A stretch of DNA of 64,000 nt from Lama guanicoe (Eukaryota). The stretch spans positions 1,695,058 through 1,759,057 of the forward strand of contig MU053487.1 in the NCBI GenBank assembly GCA_013239625.1, read 5' to 3'. Positions within the stretch are counted from its first letter, which is position 1; every line of letters starts with the position of its first letter. Below are positions 1-12,083 of this stretch, piece after piece. The translations under genes and the position numbers were made by a program. A model generated the notes under the pieces. It worked only from the letters and a program-made list of their open reading frames with translations, did not search any database and was not told where the DNA came from.

Positions 1-2894
1 GGTAGAAGAGCTCGCTATCCGTATTAGCGCACGACTGTAGCCCAGAGCCAGGAGCATACCTAACATGCCCTTTGCTCCCGGGGCTCCTGACATTCTCGGG
101 CTCCGCTGGGGATGCAGCAGGCGTGCACCTCTGGTAAATCTCTCTGTTCTGCCACTCCCCGCCTTGTGGGTGGAGAGCTCTCCTCCTGTAGTCATAGACC
201 CTCAGGCCTGCATTTTGACTTTATTTTTGGAAGCACCCTAATTCCTTTGCTCCCCTGGAAGACCTTTCCATTCTTCTGCTGTCATAGGGGGTGGAGAGAG
301 GCAGAGCTGAGGTCAAGGTGGGTCATTTAAACTTCGATTATTTTTGATTAGGTTTAGGAATGATGTCAGGTTAGCAATCAATCTGAAAAGGTGACATAAA
401 GGCACAAAATATTCATATGCGAAGGCACCAAATGGTACCCATTAACCTAAGGAAAAACGAAGACATGATGGCAACAGAAACCTCTTATTTTTGCTAATTT
501 ATGTAAGGAAAGAACATGAATTTTATCACCATTTCAAAAATCAGAGTAACAATTTGTCAATCTATCTTTGCTTTCACTCATTTTCTCTAAATGTCTCCTC
601 CCTTCTTTCCTGCAAGAAAGGTTTTAATAGCACGAACATTTAGCTCACACTCTGGCACCCAGAAATGCGTCACATTTAAATTAAGTTTCATTGTTTTGGG
701 AATGACACATGCATCTTTCACTTCTTGTAGGAATAAAGGAGAAAAGAGTGCATGACAGATATGCTGAATAAAATTAATATTTCTCTCCACTCTTTTTTTG
801 GAAGTGCCTCTTCTCTTCATGATGAATTTTTTTAATCATTTTGAATTCTTTAAGCCAGAGTTGAAAATATGCATTTTCTGATAAATCCTTGTTCCATTAC
901 AAGGTGTCTCCAATATATATAACTGCACATAAATAATGGGTTATTTTCTTGGCATCCAGATCTTGCAGAAAAGGACATTTTAAAATATTGTATTGAACAG
1001 AATTGAACTGAATTTAGAATTCAGACATTCTAACAGCAATGAGATTAATAACGTTCAAGCCAAAATATTTCACGTGATCACCCCCCCCCCACCGCTTCAC
1101 TGAAATAGTGTTGTTTGTCCCAGGAGATTGCAGTACAGTGATACCGAGGGAAATATTTAGGGTCAGTGTGCAACTTGGTGGGATTCCTGGAAGATCTAAC
1201 TGCTTAGGAACATGGGTGTTTGAACAAAGTTATATGAGATCATTATCAACAAGATCCCAGCAGGGCTCTTTACATTCCTGGAAAATTTGTTTCAGTTATG
1301 CTTGGAATGAAAAGGCAACTTCCCAAGTCTGAGATTCTGGCTTTTTCCTTGAAGATTAGGAAGACACTCATTTCCAAATGTTACATGTGTTCTGGCACCA
1401 GAAGTTTCTAATGGATTATTCCACATTAAAAAAAAAATTATAACGCCTTCCTGCATACCCTGGGCGCACTCTATTTGGGAATCATGCAGACATGTGATTT
1501 CCTGCATGGCCTCTGCAAAGACGGGTCCTGCGAGTTGTAGAAGTGGAAGCAGGAAACTGGCCAGATGGCTTGCAGGTAACTGGAGGTCATTCTGAGAACT
1601 GTGGCTTATGGACTTTGAGGAGTTTCAAAGAGCAAGGCTGAGCATGATGTCCAGAAACCCATGTGTCTATATGATATTAGGGATAAAATCGAGGAAGAAA
1701 CACACATTCCACTATCAGACAAACTGTTCACGCCATTTCTATGCAGTATTTTCTGATTCACGGGAGAGGGAAGAGATAGTGGTCTAGGGGGAAACAGTGT
1801 GTGGGCGTCTCTGGCAATATCCTGAGAATTAATTACACAGATTAGCTGAGCCCAGTCTGTATTTCTAATAGGGCCCTCAGTCACTGGAGGAACACAGGGT
1901 TTTAAGAAGAGCTCTGATCCCTAGTCAAAATGACAGTGTTTTTGAGCCAGCTCTGCCGCTACATGGTTGTGGATTTGTCCAAGTCGATGGGTTTGGTATC
2001 AGCTAGACGAGCCGATTTCAGGGCTCTTAGCAGGGCTGTGGTCCTGAGTACTTGCACTTATTTTCTAAGTTTGCACCTGGCTGGAGGTTTATGATGCTAC
2101 CTTGTAAGTGAATACTCATGCCTAGACGCTTAATAGAATGAGGCAGGAAACATAAGATGCCGATTAGCCTTGCATGGGTTTTGAAAGTTGAGGCTATTTT
2201 AAAATCCTGGGACTAGTCCCGGTAGTCACATGGTCAAACCCAAACAACCCTTGGTGCTGTCTCGGTCTTGGACTGCTTTCTCACGTGGCGGCAGGACCAT
2301 TGGCCCTGCTCTCCGTGGCATTTATTTTAGTCAGAGAATTCTCCTTATCTGCAATAAAAAAAAATATGCAAAATACTGAGTCAGTGATGTGATGGAGCTA
2401 CAGCTCTGCTGCTCCGTTCCCTCCAGCTCACTCACCCGGATGACTGACAGCCTGATGCTTGGATTGCATGAACACGTGCCCAGAGTTGTCTTTTTCAGTT
2501 AGAAGTGGTTTCTGTTACCATTTGTGGATGACGACACACTGGCCACACGTGTACTGATTCCGGTAGAGGTGCAGCGGAAGATTCTCTGAACATCATCACA
2601 CCTTAATCTTTTGTTCTTGCAACATAAACAGTGGATGGTTAAATAGTAAACTTAGCTAAAGACTAGACTGCTGAGACGAGAAGGGAAACCTATTTGAGTC
2701 AAGTACAAACAGAGGCAGGTTACATCCGCCAAACTTGTCTTTACACGTACGTGTTATCAGTACATCAGAAGCAGTTTTGTAAGGTAGAATGCTGGTTCCT
2801 CCTCCTGTACTGTCATTTTCTGCTTTTGATCTGCTTGTGTGTCTGTTGATTTGTTTACTTTTGTTTTATATCATATTCAAGAAGAAAAAAGGGT

Positions 2895-3450
2895 TTTTTT
2901 AATTTATTTGACAAAATATACATAATATTTATTTTTAGCCATTCTTAAGTGTACAGTACTAAGGCATTAAATACATTCACAATATTGTGTAACCATTACA
3001 TCTATACTCAGAACTTTTTCACCATTGCCAACGAAACTCTGGACCAATTAAATGATAACTGCTTTCTTCCTCACCTCCAGCTCCTGGTGGCCTCCCTTCT
3101 ATTTCTGTCCCTATGAATTTGCCTTTTCTAAGTAGCTCACATAAGCAGAATCATACAATATCTGTTCTTCTGTATGTGTGGCTTATTTAACTAAGAATGT
3201 TTTCAAGGTGCATCCATGTTGTAACATGCATTGGAATTCCATTCCTTTTTCAGGCTGACTAATATTTCATTGTATGTGTGCACCACTTTTTGTTTATCCA
3301 GTCATCTGTTGCTGGATACCTTTGGCCATTGTAAACAATGCCGCCATGAATGTAGGGGTACAAGTATGTGTTCTAGTCTGTGCTTTTGATTGTTTTGGAT
3401 ATACATCTAGGAGTTGAATTACTGGGTCACATGGTAGTTCTGTGTTTAAA
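2895..3450 (-). mobile_element. Old LINE-1 3' fragment (L1M-type)
   Basis: Typical antisense L1 3' text (ttaagtgtacag, aatcatacaatat, catccatgttgta, tttggatatacatctaggagttgaattactgggtcacatgg). The minus-strand ORF has degenerate L1 ORF2 C-terminal words (ELPCDPVIQLLDVYPK, TFMAALFTMAK). Confidence 0.85.
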
Positions 3451-6400
3451 AGATAGGTTCTGTTTTTTCCTCTAATGCTAACTTTCAGGGCAACACCAAG
3501 CAAAGCCAGTTCCTTGTTCTCTGAATATCTTTTAAGCATTTGAAAATAGCTACTTTGTCCTCCGTGAGTCTTCTTGTCTAAACTAAAAGTTCCAACTGAT
3601 GCAACTTTTTTTTAGAACCCAAAGGTAAGATCTTACATCAATCCTGGCTACATTTCACTTATTACTTCACTCAGTTAGTTCACCTCCACATCTGTGGGGA
3701 TATCCAGATATTTATTATGGGATCCAGTACATTAGTCAGCTCTCCCAAGTTCCCGTCTTCCTTCCTTTGAAATACACTAAGAGAGTATTTAAGAATAATA
3801 AAAGCAGAAGTCGTCTTTATCTTGCAGTTGATGAATAATGAGAAAGAGGATACTGAAGATAAAAATGTAGCTCCATTTGGAATATTAAACTTTCATTTTG
3901 TTTTGTATTTTTGGGAAAAAGTATTTCCTGTTTTTAGAGTGTGTTAGAACATCCTTGCACATAGTGGAGATTCAGTAAAGACTCAGTATAAAAATGAAGA
4001 ATTGAAACATTGGCCTTTCTCCTTCAGATGTTTTTATTGAGATCAGACCTGTGTTATTTTTAATGGCACTTGTGATGATTGTGGGGCTGTTCTTGTCTCT
4101 AAAGCTTCAACATCAGTTATTTCCATTGCTGAAAGTCTGCTCAGTGTTGATCTGGGTTATGTTTGTGTCGAGTTTCTTGCAATAGTTAAGGAAGAAAACA
4201 TGATATTCTACCTATGAGCTACTGTGTGTTTATAAACTGCCCAGCTATCAAAGTTCAAATAAGAATATTCGTGTAAAATAACTTCTGTCCCTAAAACCCT
4301 TGCATGAAAATTCCTTTTCTTAAATATCTTCCTAGGTTCTTCCTCCAAAACAGTTGTCCGGTTATTTTGGCATTTGCATGGGTGGTTCATGAATCTTACA
4401 GAATGCCTGTGCCTTGAATTGACCAAAAAGAGTTTAAGTAAAAGGGTAGAGCTCCTGGTTGAGTGTTTCTTATACATGTATTGAAAGAGAAAGTAAACTT
4501 ATAGGGAAATTTCTTACTGATTTGTTTGTTTATTTTGTTTCCTGGGGAAAATTTCAAGCTTACTAAAGAGTTAGTCTGTACACTCTATTCAGGTTGTGGT
4601 TGCTCTTATTTCTGAAAGGATTACATTTCAATTACTTTTCTTCTCTCTTCTCTCTTTTTTGGGAGGATCTTCAAACTTACTTTTACATGTCTAAAATATT
4701 TTTTAAAACTTTAACAGAATAGGATGTGTTTCTGGTTTTTAAGGGGTGGCAGCATTTAAATACATCATGCAGCAAATTGATGTATCACTTAATATCACCA
4801 CCTTGCCAGTGGGTACGTTTGCAGTGCTGTGACCAGCTGGAAAAAAGAAGGAACAGTGCTTAAGGGAGAAACATTTCAGTTGTTCAAATAAGTAACTCTT
4901 GATTGAGCATCATAAAGAACCAACACTGATTTGGGATAAGATCAGTCATCCTCTGCTCATTTTCAGTAGAAGGACTGTGATAAAAGTGACTAAGTGACCC
5001 TCCCAGGTTGCTAACAGAATTTAACTTTAATGTCCCATTTTACGTATCCTCAAAGAACTAAATCACTGCTGGAATTTCAATCAAATCCCGACCTTTCTTT
5101 CCTCATATGACAGCCTACTGATTCCTATATGTAACGCAGAGACACACACAAACCCACGAATAGGACACGGCTATTTTATTGGTGGAAATGAAAGGTATTA
5201 AGTATTTTGCCCTGTGCCTCTCTCCTCTCTCCCTCTCTTTCTCATCCCCATGAACCCGCAGTTGCTACTATTCTCAACTCTAAAATCAGCCCCCCAAATA
5301 AGAAACAAATATAATGTGAAATGGTCATTATCTTACTCATTTTCCTGATTGTAAATAACTGACAGCACTGTTGATCAATTCCCTGTAGCTTGCAGATTGA
5401 CTGCCTTTGCTCAGTATCACCCCCTAAATTACAGTTAAAATACTATTTCCTCTGAAAGAACTGCAGTAACTTTTCCTTTGTGCATTTTTATAGAGTCTCC
5501 TCTTTCCCCCTGGCCCTACCCCTCCAACTCTAACAATTGACACTCGGCCAGAATATCTATTAACCAATTGTTGGATAAAATATATTTGTGGAGAATAGTT
5601 TTACTGCTTTGTGGAACATGGGAGAAATTGGAACAAAGGAAGATTATATGGCAGTGGGAGAGTCAGTTTCGTTTGGGGAGCAGAAAGCTGGAGTCCAGTT
5701 GATTTCCTGGCACTGCTTTCTCAGCAAAGAGAACAATTTTAATCAGTTACAAAAATATTTGTGATCCATATGTTCCTCTCTGCTCATTCCCATATGCCCA
5801 TATTCTCTTTTATCTTGGTGGATGATGACTTTATGATTCAGGCATGCAAGAATAATACTTTGCTCGCTTTAGAGCTCAGTGCTATTTCAAAACGTGTCCT
5901 GGTAATTACGCACACACATAGATCCAGGCTGTTCGCGCTTTGAGATGGTTACGTGAATACCAGTTTGCTCTTTCTCTTTCTTCGTGGAAAGAATTATATC
6001 TTGCATCCACCTACTGGGGCTGGAATAAGGCATCTGAGGCTCAGATTTGAAAACAGCATTGCCCTGCACCTGCTGGGGTAGCTGCCACTGTGCAAACATG
6101 AGCTTCAGGAAGAGGAGACAGAAAGGCTGCGGTGATCGTTGATAACTTCATTTTCTTTGGGAAAAGGAACACAGAATCCAAAAAGCGTTTGGTAATTCCT
6201 TCCATCACTGGCGCCTGTTCTAAGGCATATTAGATAATGGACTAGCTACTTAAATAAATCCTAATTTGAAGGCATAATGACTTCTTCTTAATATCGCGTG
6301 TTAGTCATAGTAGCCATGGTGAAAGAGGTCAAAACTAAAAAAATTCATGTTACCGTTGATTAGAAATGCCATTTTGGTCCAAAATTCATTATTGCTTCTC

Positions 6401-7182
6401 TCTCAATAGTTATATAATGTTTAACAACAAAAGATATGCATTCTACAGCCAAATTGTCCTAAAATTTTAATAAGACAAGAATAAAGCTAGAAATTGTTGA
6501 CTATGTAAGTGATTGAGTTTTCAACAGTTGTTTTCGTCTTACACAGCAAATGGTGTTGTAACCCAATATGCTGTTAATCTAGCCGCAGTCAAATCCGACG
6601 AGGAGCCAACTGTGTTCATTGAAACCTGGGAGGGGGCAGCAAGGGGGAGGCAGGGAGGGTTTCTAAACTTCAGACGAAATAACTGAGATGCATTTAGTGT
6701 TTTCAAAGCTGAGTACATGGTGGAATGGGTGCGAGTGGTGTTGGATACAGCAGGTGGGCACCAGAGTAGAGTTGCAGCGAAGAGAGAGAGATACAGCTTG
6801 GTTTTGGCAAATGTTATTAGGAATCCGTCTCTTTGTTTGCATTCAAGCTGTCTTTGCCGCTGCTCCTGTAGGAGTTGTGAGAAAAAGAAAGTGCACGTTA
6901 TAGCATGGATTGTTTTCAACAGGCTCAAAGTTTGCAAATCTGTTGAATCCCTCTGACAGCGTTTCTTTGCTGTCAAACAGAATGCCCAGCTGGCGGTGGC
7001 ATTCCTAATGGGGAGGGAGGGGACGTAGGGACTGCGTTCACCCAGCAACGAGAATATTAGGAATTCTTCTTGCCAAATGGTAAATGGAGGAAAAAAGCGC
7101 TCTCTCAGCAATGCCATTGTCAAAGTTTTTCCTTTTTTTTTCTTTCTTTCTTTTTCTCTTTGTATTGTTTTCACTTTTATAG

Positions 7183-7358
7183 ATAAAGCCTCATTAAATC
7201 AAAACCTTTAGATATGCTTTATTAGGATAATTTTCATAAAGAACAGCGTCACGGAACCAGCATCAAAGTGTATCGTATCGATCTATAATTAAGACAAAGG
7301 CTTTGGTTAGAAAAGGAGGCAAGACTTTTGCTCATAGGTGATCTTGATTCTCATGGAG
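7183..7358 (+). other. ARPP21: Putative non-coding 5'UTR exon of ARPP21 (3' end either 7337 or 7358)
   Basis: About 55-nt polypyrimidine tract ending ttttatag at 7182. Candidate donors are TAG|gtgatc (7337) and GAG|gcaaac (7358). Resembles the human ARPP21 5'UTR as I recall it. Confidence 0.6.
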
Positions 7359-9648
7359 GCAAACACACAAGCTTGTGTTTTTTTCTTTTTTTTTTTTAAT
7401 AATAAGTGCGAGGTTTCACTAAAAAAGGTTAAAATTGAAGTGAGTAATCTTCGGTGCATAATGCAATTGTTAATTTTAGCTCCTTGCGTGGGTGCCGCTC
7501 CGACTTGAACAGCCGGCTGGAGCCTTCATTAGAGAAGAAGCCGGCAGCTTGAGACAGGTGGAGCTGCATCAGGCTGTGAACGTGATTTGCGGGAAACTGG
7601 TCATTAGTGTTAGCAACCCGGTTCTTATTTATTCCGTCCTTCGCCCGACCACAATGATTGCCATGATGATTATTGACTGTTCATCTTTTTTCAGGTTGAC
7701 GATGTGTCAGGCTGTGTAGGGGAGTCGCATGGAGATGGGCATCCCGAACTGTTGACGGGGACATGGGACTCCAGTTACCTCTGGTCCCTTGTGTGGATTT
7801 CCCCGGTGCAGAAGGACAGAAGCCACTAGTCAGTCGCCAGGACCTACAGCAGGAATTCAGCGCAAAAGGTAAAGGTCTTGTCATCAGATGGCTGTCACCT
7901 CATCTGTGTATTTTTTTTTTGATCATTCTATAAATGTGCCATCGAACTGTTCATCAAAGGCAGCCCAAAGAGACAGAATCTGGAGTAGGGATTCAACTGG
8001 CTAATAGTTTGTAAAATTGAGAACTCAGTGTGTTCATTTCATTTTTAAATCTGGCCACGATTTGTTTTTATTGAAATGCTCTGGAAAAAAAAAAAAAGCT
8101 AGGGCAACAGAAGTCCCATCTCCTCCCCCTACTCAGCACATTGAGAAACAAGCTGTTTGCCCCCCTGGGAAAGAGAACTTTCTGTGTGGTTAACTACACT
8201 GGTCCCCGGTGTCACTGCAGTGAATACACCAAATGGAACATCCTCAAACCTCCCCAAGCCTAAGACCCTTGCTCACTAGTCCCCTGCAGATTCAAACCAC
8301 CCTCCTTGAGGAAAACTTGGCCTTTTACATTCCCACAATCCTTTGCCAAGTGAGCCTGTGTTGTTCTTAATGGTATCATTAGCTACCATCTGTCCTGTCA
8401 TGGTCAGTCTTAGCAGATTTGCAACAGAAATTACTGAGTTTTAGATTTTTCTCATGCTTCCTAGGTCCAGTTGGAAATAAAGTTACTGAATGAGTAACTG
8501 GTAATTAAACACTCCCAGAGAAACATATCAAGATGCTGATTTGTCCAATAATAATTACCACTGTAATGACTGGGAACCAGACAGTCATTCTTTGGGAATT
8601 TTTGCAAAAGAACTGACTTTCTCGGATACAGCATCTCTTTTTCTTTTTTCTTTTTCCCTTCCTTCCTTCCTCCTTTCCTTTTTCTCCTTCTTCCTTTTTT
8701 TTTTCCTTAAAAAAAATGAAGAGGAAGTAGATGCTAAATTATTCATGAGCCTCCTTTGACAGCACATCAGAAGGGGAATTGTCAGGGGTTTTATGCAGGT
8801 AGGGAGAAAAAATAATACCAACCTCACACTTTCAAGAGCCATTTCCAGTCTCCGTGTAGTCGTCTCTTGTGAGCCTAGTGTATCGGAGCTGAGTTACAAT
8901 ATCTTCATTAGAGCCACTGGCCAGAGACCTCCTTCCGCAGAATCTGTGAAACACCAGCAACCCACAGGGGCTTGAGAGACAGCTTCTGCTTTTAATCATG
9001 CAGCTGCCAGTTTGAAGCCTGAAACTGTTGTCCCTGAAAGGTTTATTGCCAAATTTAGATCCTATATTCATACTGAATTATTACGTCTTAAATCGATTTC
9101 TGCACCTTGTAGAGTGTCCCAGACCCCTTATTCCCAGGGAAGTATGTCCGTGGCTAAAACTTGCACCTCACGTTTGGGTCATCTCAGAGGTGGTTCAGAT
9201 CTCCAGCACCACCTCCTGACTCAGAGGCGAGGGGTCATCTGTTCAGGAGTTGGGGAAATACTCTGTTTTTCTTTCTCTCCTACTCTGCAGTGGGGCGTAG
9301 GGACTGGGAGATGTGTGGGACTTCTGTGTCTCTATTTAAGATGCTTTGAGCCACTTTGATGGCAAGGTGATTTCACAAGTATGTGTGCATGTGTGTGGAG
9401 GGGCGTGGCTAGGATGTTGGAATCTGCCTCTTGGGTTTGCCTCGGGTACTTGATTTGATCTTGTTTGATTCTCCTTTTGTACACAACCGGCCAGGAGGCT
9501 GGAGTTGCTCATTTGTTTCTGAGTACAAAGGGAGACATCGAATACCTGAAGAATAATGGTAAATACTTCACCCTGCACTGACTTTATTTTTTGACATCTT
9601 AACCTTGTAGGGCGTCAAACGTTGTTACTTTAATTTGCATCTGGGAGG

Positions 9649-9777
9649 ATGTCTGAGCCAGGAGACCTGAGTCAGGCCATAGTGGAGGAAGGCGGGCCTG
9701 GGCAGGATGCGGCCACTCCGGAGAATGGCGTGGTTAAGTCCGAAAGTCTGGATGAAGAGGAGAAACTGGAACTACAG
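9649..9777 (+). CDS. ARPP21: ARPP21 coding exon 1: MSEPGDLSQAIVEEGGPGQDAATPENGVVKSESLDEEEKLELQ
   Basis: Acceptor ccttgtag at 9610, in-frame upstream TAA at 9631-9633, ATG at 9649, donor CAG|gtgagc. 129 nt, phase 0. Confidence 0.96.
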
Positions 9778-10119
9778 GTGAGCCCAGAGAAACCCCATTT
9801 CTCATAGCACTGTGTGCAGCCCTTTCTTTCATTTGTAGGATACTTTGAAGGTTGGTCAGTTGGTTGGCTTTTTATAGTTTGACCAGTAAAATGAATGGGA
9901 AATCCATAAAACAAATCCTGGCTCTTCCCAATAGTCACTTTTTTTTTTTTGGACCACACGGTGCATTCTGACCAAAATGCCTTTTGAAACGGGGAAAAAA
10001 AAATCTCAAGAAGATATTTAATGACTAAATTTGCTCACAGCAGCTCCATATTTAACTTCCAGGTCACCTCGAAGAGCTGTGGAGGGCTGCTTCTCCCGAG
10101 GCAGCTTTACACTAGCTGA

Positions 10120-10251
10120 GTTTTATTTTTATCTTTTGAACTTACTCATTTTTATTATGATTGTTGTTACTGCTTTTAATGGAGGTACTGGGGATTGAAC
10201 CCAGGACCTAGTGCATGCTGAGCATGTGCTGTGCCCCTGAGCTCTACCCCA
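10120..10251 (-). mobile_element. tRNA-derived SINE (camelid vic-1-like) with target-site duplication
   Basis: Antisense B-box gggattgaaccc and A-box region, T-rich tail. TSD acactagctga at 10109-10119 and 10252-10262. Confidence 0.85.
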
Positions 10252-10910
10252 ACACTAGCTGATTTTTAAAAATGAGCTTGTGTTCCATGGAATGATGACG
10301 GCCAGCTCATGACAGACAAAGAAAAATTGTCTTTCACCTTCCTGGGCAGGCTAAGCTTTAACTCTTAGCAGAGAAGCCTAGAATTCCCAGCCAGAGAGAG
10401 ATAGAGAGAGAGAGGGAAAGATAGAGGGAGGGAGGAAGGGAGGGAGAGAGTTCTAGAAGGGGCAGGGAGGAGACTGGGAAGGATTGACGATACTGAAAAA
10501 ATGATATAATTACATACTCATGATTTACGGGAGAAGGAGATGTGGTAGAAGGCAAACAAACTGTCCTTGCAAATAGCTTATATCGATTTCCTTTGAACCA
10601 AATTGAGAAAGTGTTAACTCTTTTTATATAAAAAGTGAGCAAAGGCAGACAACCACATATTGGCCAAAAGCCTTCAAGGCTGGCTTTTGCCCCCTCCAGG
10701 AGCCGCTGTAAGGAGAGCACACTAAAAGCTAAATGGTCAGAAGCGTGGGGGGCGAGGGCAGGGGCGTCCCCCGGGCGGTTCTAATGCCTTGTTGCTATTA
10801 CTACTGATTTCTCAGCTCCACTGACACCTTTTTCTCTCACTCTCTCCCCGCTCCCCTCTCCTGGTTGTTGGTTTACTGTTTGTTTGCTTGATTTTGTTTC
10901 TAACGTACAG

Positions 10911-10952
10911 AAGCGCCTGGCAGCTCAGAACCAAGAGAGAAGAAAATCCAAG
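10911..10952 (+). CDS. ARPP21: ARPP21 coding exon 2: KRLAAQNQERRKSK, containing the PKA site RRKS (Ser56, the classical Ser55)
   Basis: ctaacgtacag acceptor, AAG|gtaggg donor, 42 nt, phase 0/0. Confidence 0.96.
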
Positions 10953-11765
10953 GTAGGGTTCTGGACTCTCCGCCCTGACTCGCTGTCCTGGATGTCAGTT
11001 GCGTATTTCACGTCGGGGTCAGAGGACCGGCCAGCACAACTCAGACGCTTGTGCGTGCGTCCTGCCTGCGCTGGTGCTGACTGCGTTCAGTGGGCGTCCT
11101 GTTGATAGCTCTCTTTCTTTCTCGCTCTGTATGCTTCTTAGAGCATTTCTGGTTCACAGAGTATATATTTGATCCTGTTTTCACACTGGCAGATTTGACG
11201 GTGCTTTTCAAATGAATCGCCACTTGTTTTCTTTTCATTGAACATAAAGTTTGGGGGAAGTGTTTTAGTCTCCCCAGTTGGTTTCTGCCTTGAAGTAATC
11301 AGGTTCTGGGCTCTACGACCCAATCTTCAGGTTTTAGGACATCTTTTCAGTCCAAATAGCTCGCAAACTCAGTTTTAGTGGAAATTCATTTTTTGTCATC
11401 TTTTTCTCCTTATGTTTTCATAAAACAGCCATAGTGCATTCTTTGTATGTTTCCGGTGTGATGGGCACAGTTTGCTAAGAGTGTTCCTTAAATTCACCCT
11501 TTCGCATTCTCCTCCGCTTGCCTCCCCATGAATGCAGGGGTCTGATGCTTTGAGCCAAGGAAGACATTGCATCCCTATGAACACAGGGATGTGATGCTTC
11601 AAGCCAGTGTAGACAGCACTGAGCAGAGGATTTGAAGCTTGCTTGCTTTTAAAAAAATCTCATTTGGGAAGGTCGGGAGAAAGTGGAGATGATTTGACAG
11701 CCTGAGGCTATTTCCTGTTGGTTTTCTTTATTTTCCTTTCCTTCCTGTTTCTTTCCCCTTCCCAG

Positions 11766-11855
11766 TCAGGAGCAGGAAAAGGTAAACTGACTCGCAGCCT
11801 TGCTGTCTGTGAAGAATCCTCAGCCAGACCAGGAGGCGAAAATCTCCAGGATCAG
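11766..11855 (+). CDS. ARPP21: ARPP21 coding exon 3: SGAGKGKLTRSLAVCEESSARPGGENLQDQ
   Basis: Long pyrimidine tract plus cccag acceptor, CAG|gtatgt donor, 90 nt. Confidence 0.96.
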
Positions 11856-12074
11856 GTATGTATACCCCCGTCATGATCCATCACTGCATGCACGGGATCC
11901 ACCTTGTCTGCATGAGTATGAATTTGGCTTTAAATAGTGTTTTGGGGGAGCCAAAAAAAAAAAAACCAAACAGTTGAAGAAGGAAAACGTTTTCTGGCTT
12001 CATCCCCTGTCTATGAGGCATTCTAAATTAGTGGAACAGTCTGTCACAAAGTATCACCTTTGTTTTTTTTCCAG

Positions 12075-12083
12075 ACCCTCTGA
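12075..12083 (+). CDS. ARPP21: Coding part of the short-isoform terminal exon (T-L-stop), giving 89-aa ARPP-21/RCS
   Basis: tttttttccag|ACC CTC TGA. 43+14+30+2 = 89 aa ending LQDQTL, the known short-isoform C-terminus. Confidence 0.93.
   Translation, partial: TL

Noticed and set aside
6539..7174. 211-aa minus-strand ORF
   Set aside because: Non-ATG start, a K/E-rich N-terminus that is only the reverse complement of a polypyrimidine tract, and no recognisable domain.
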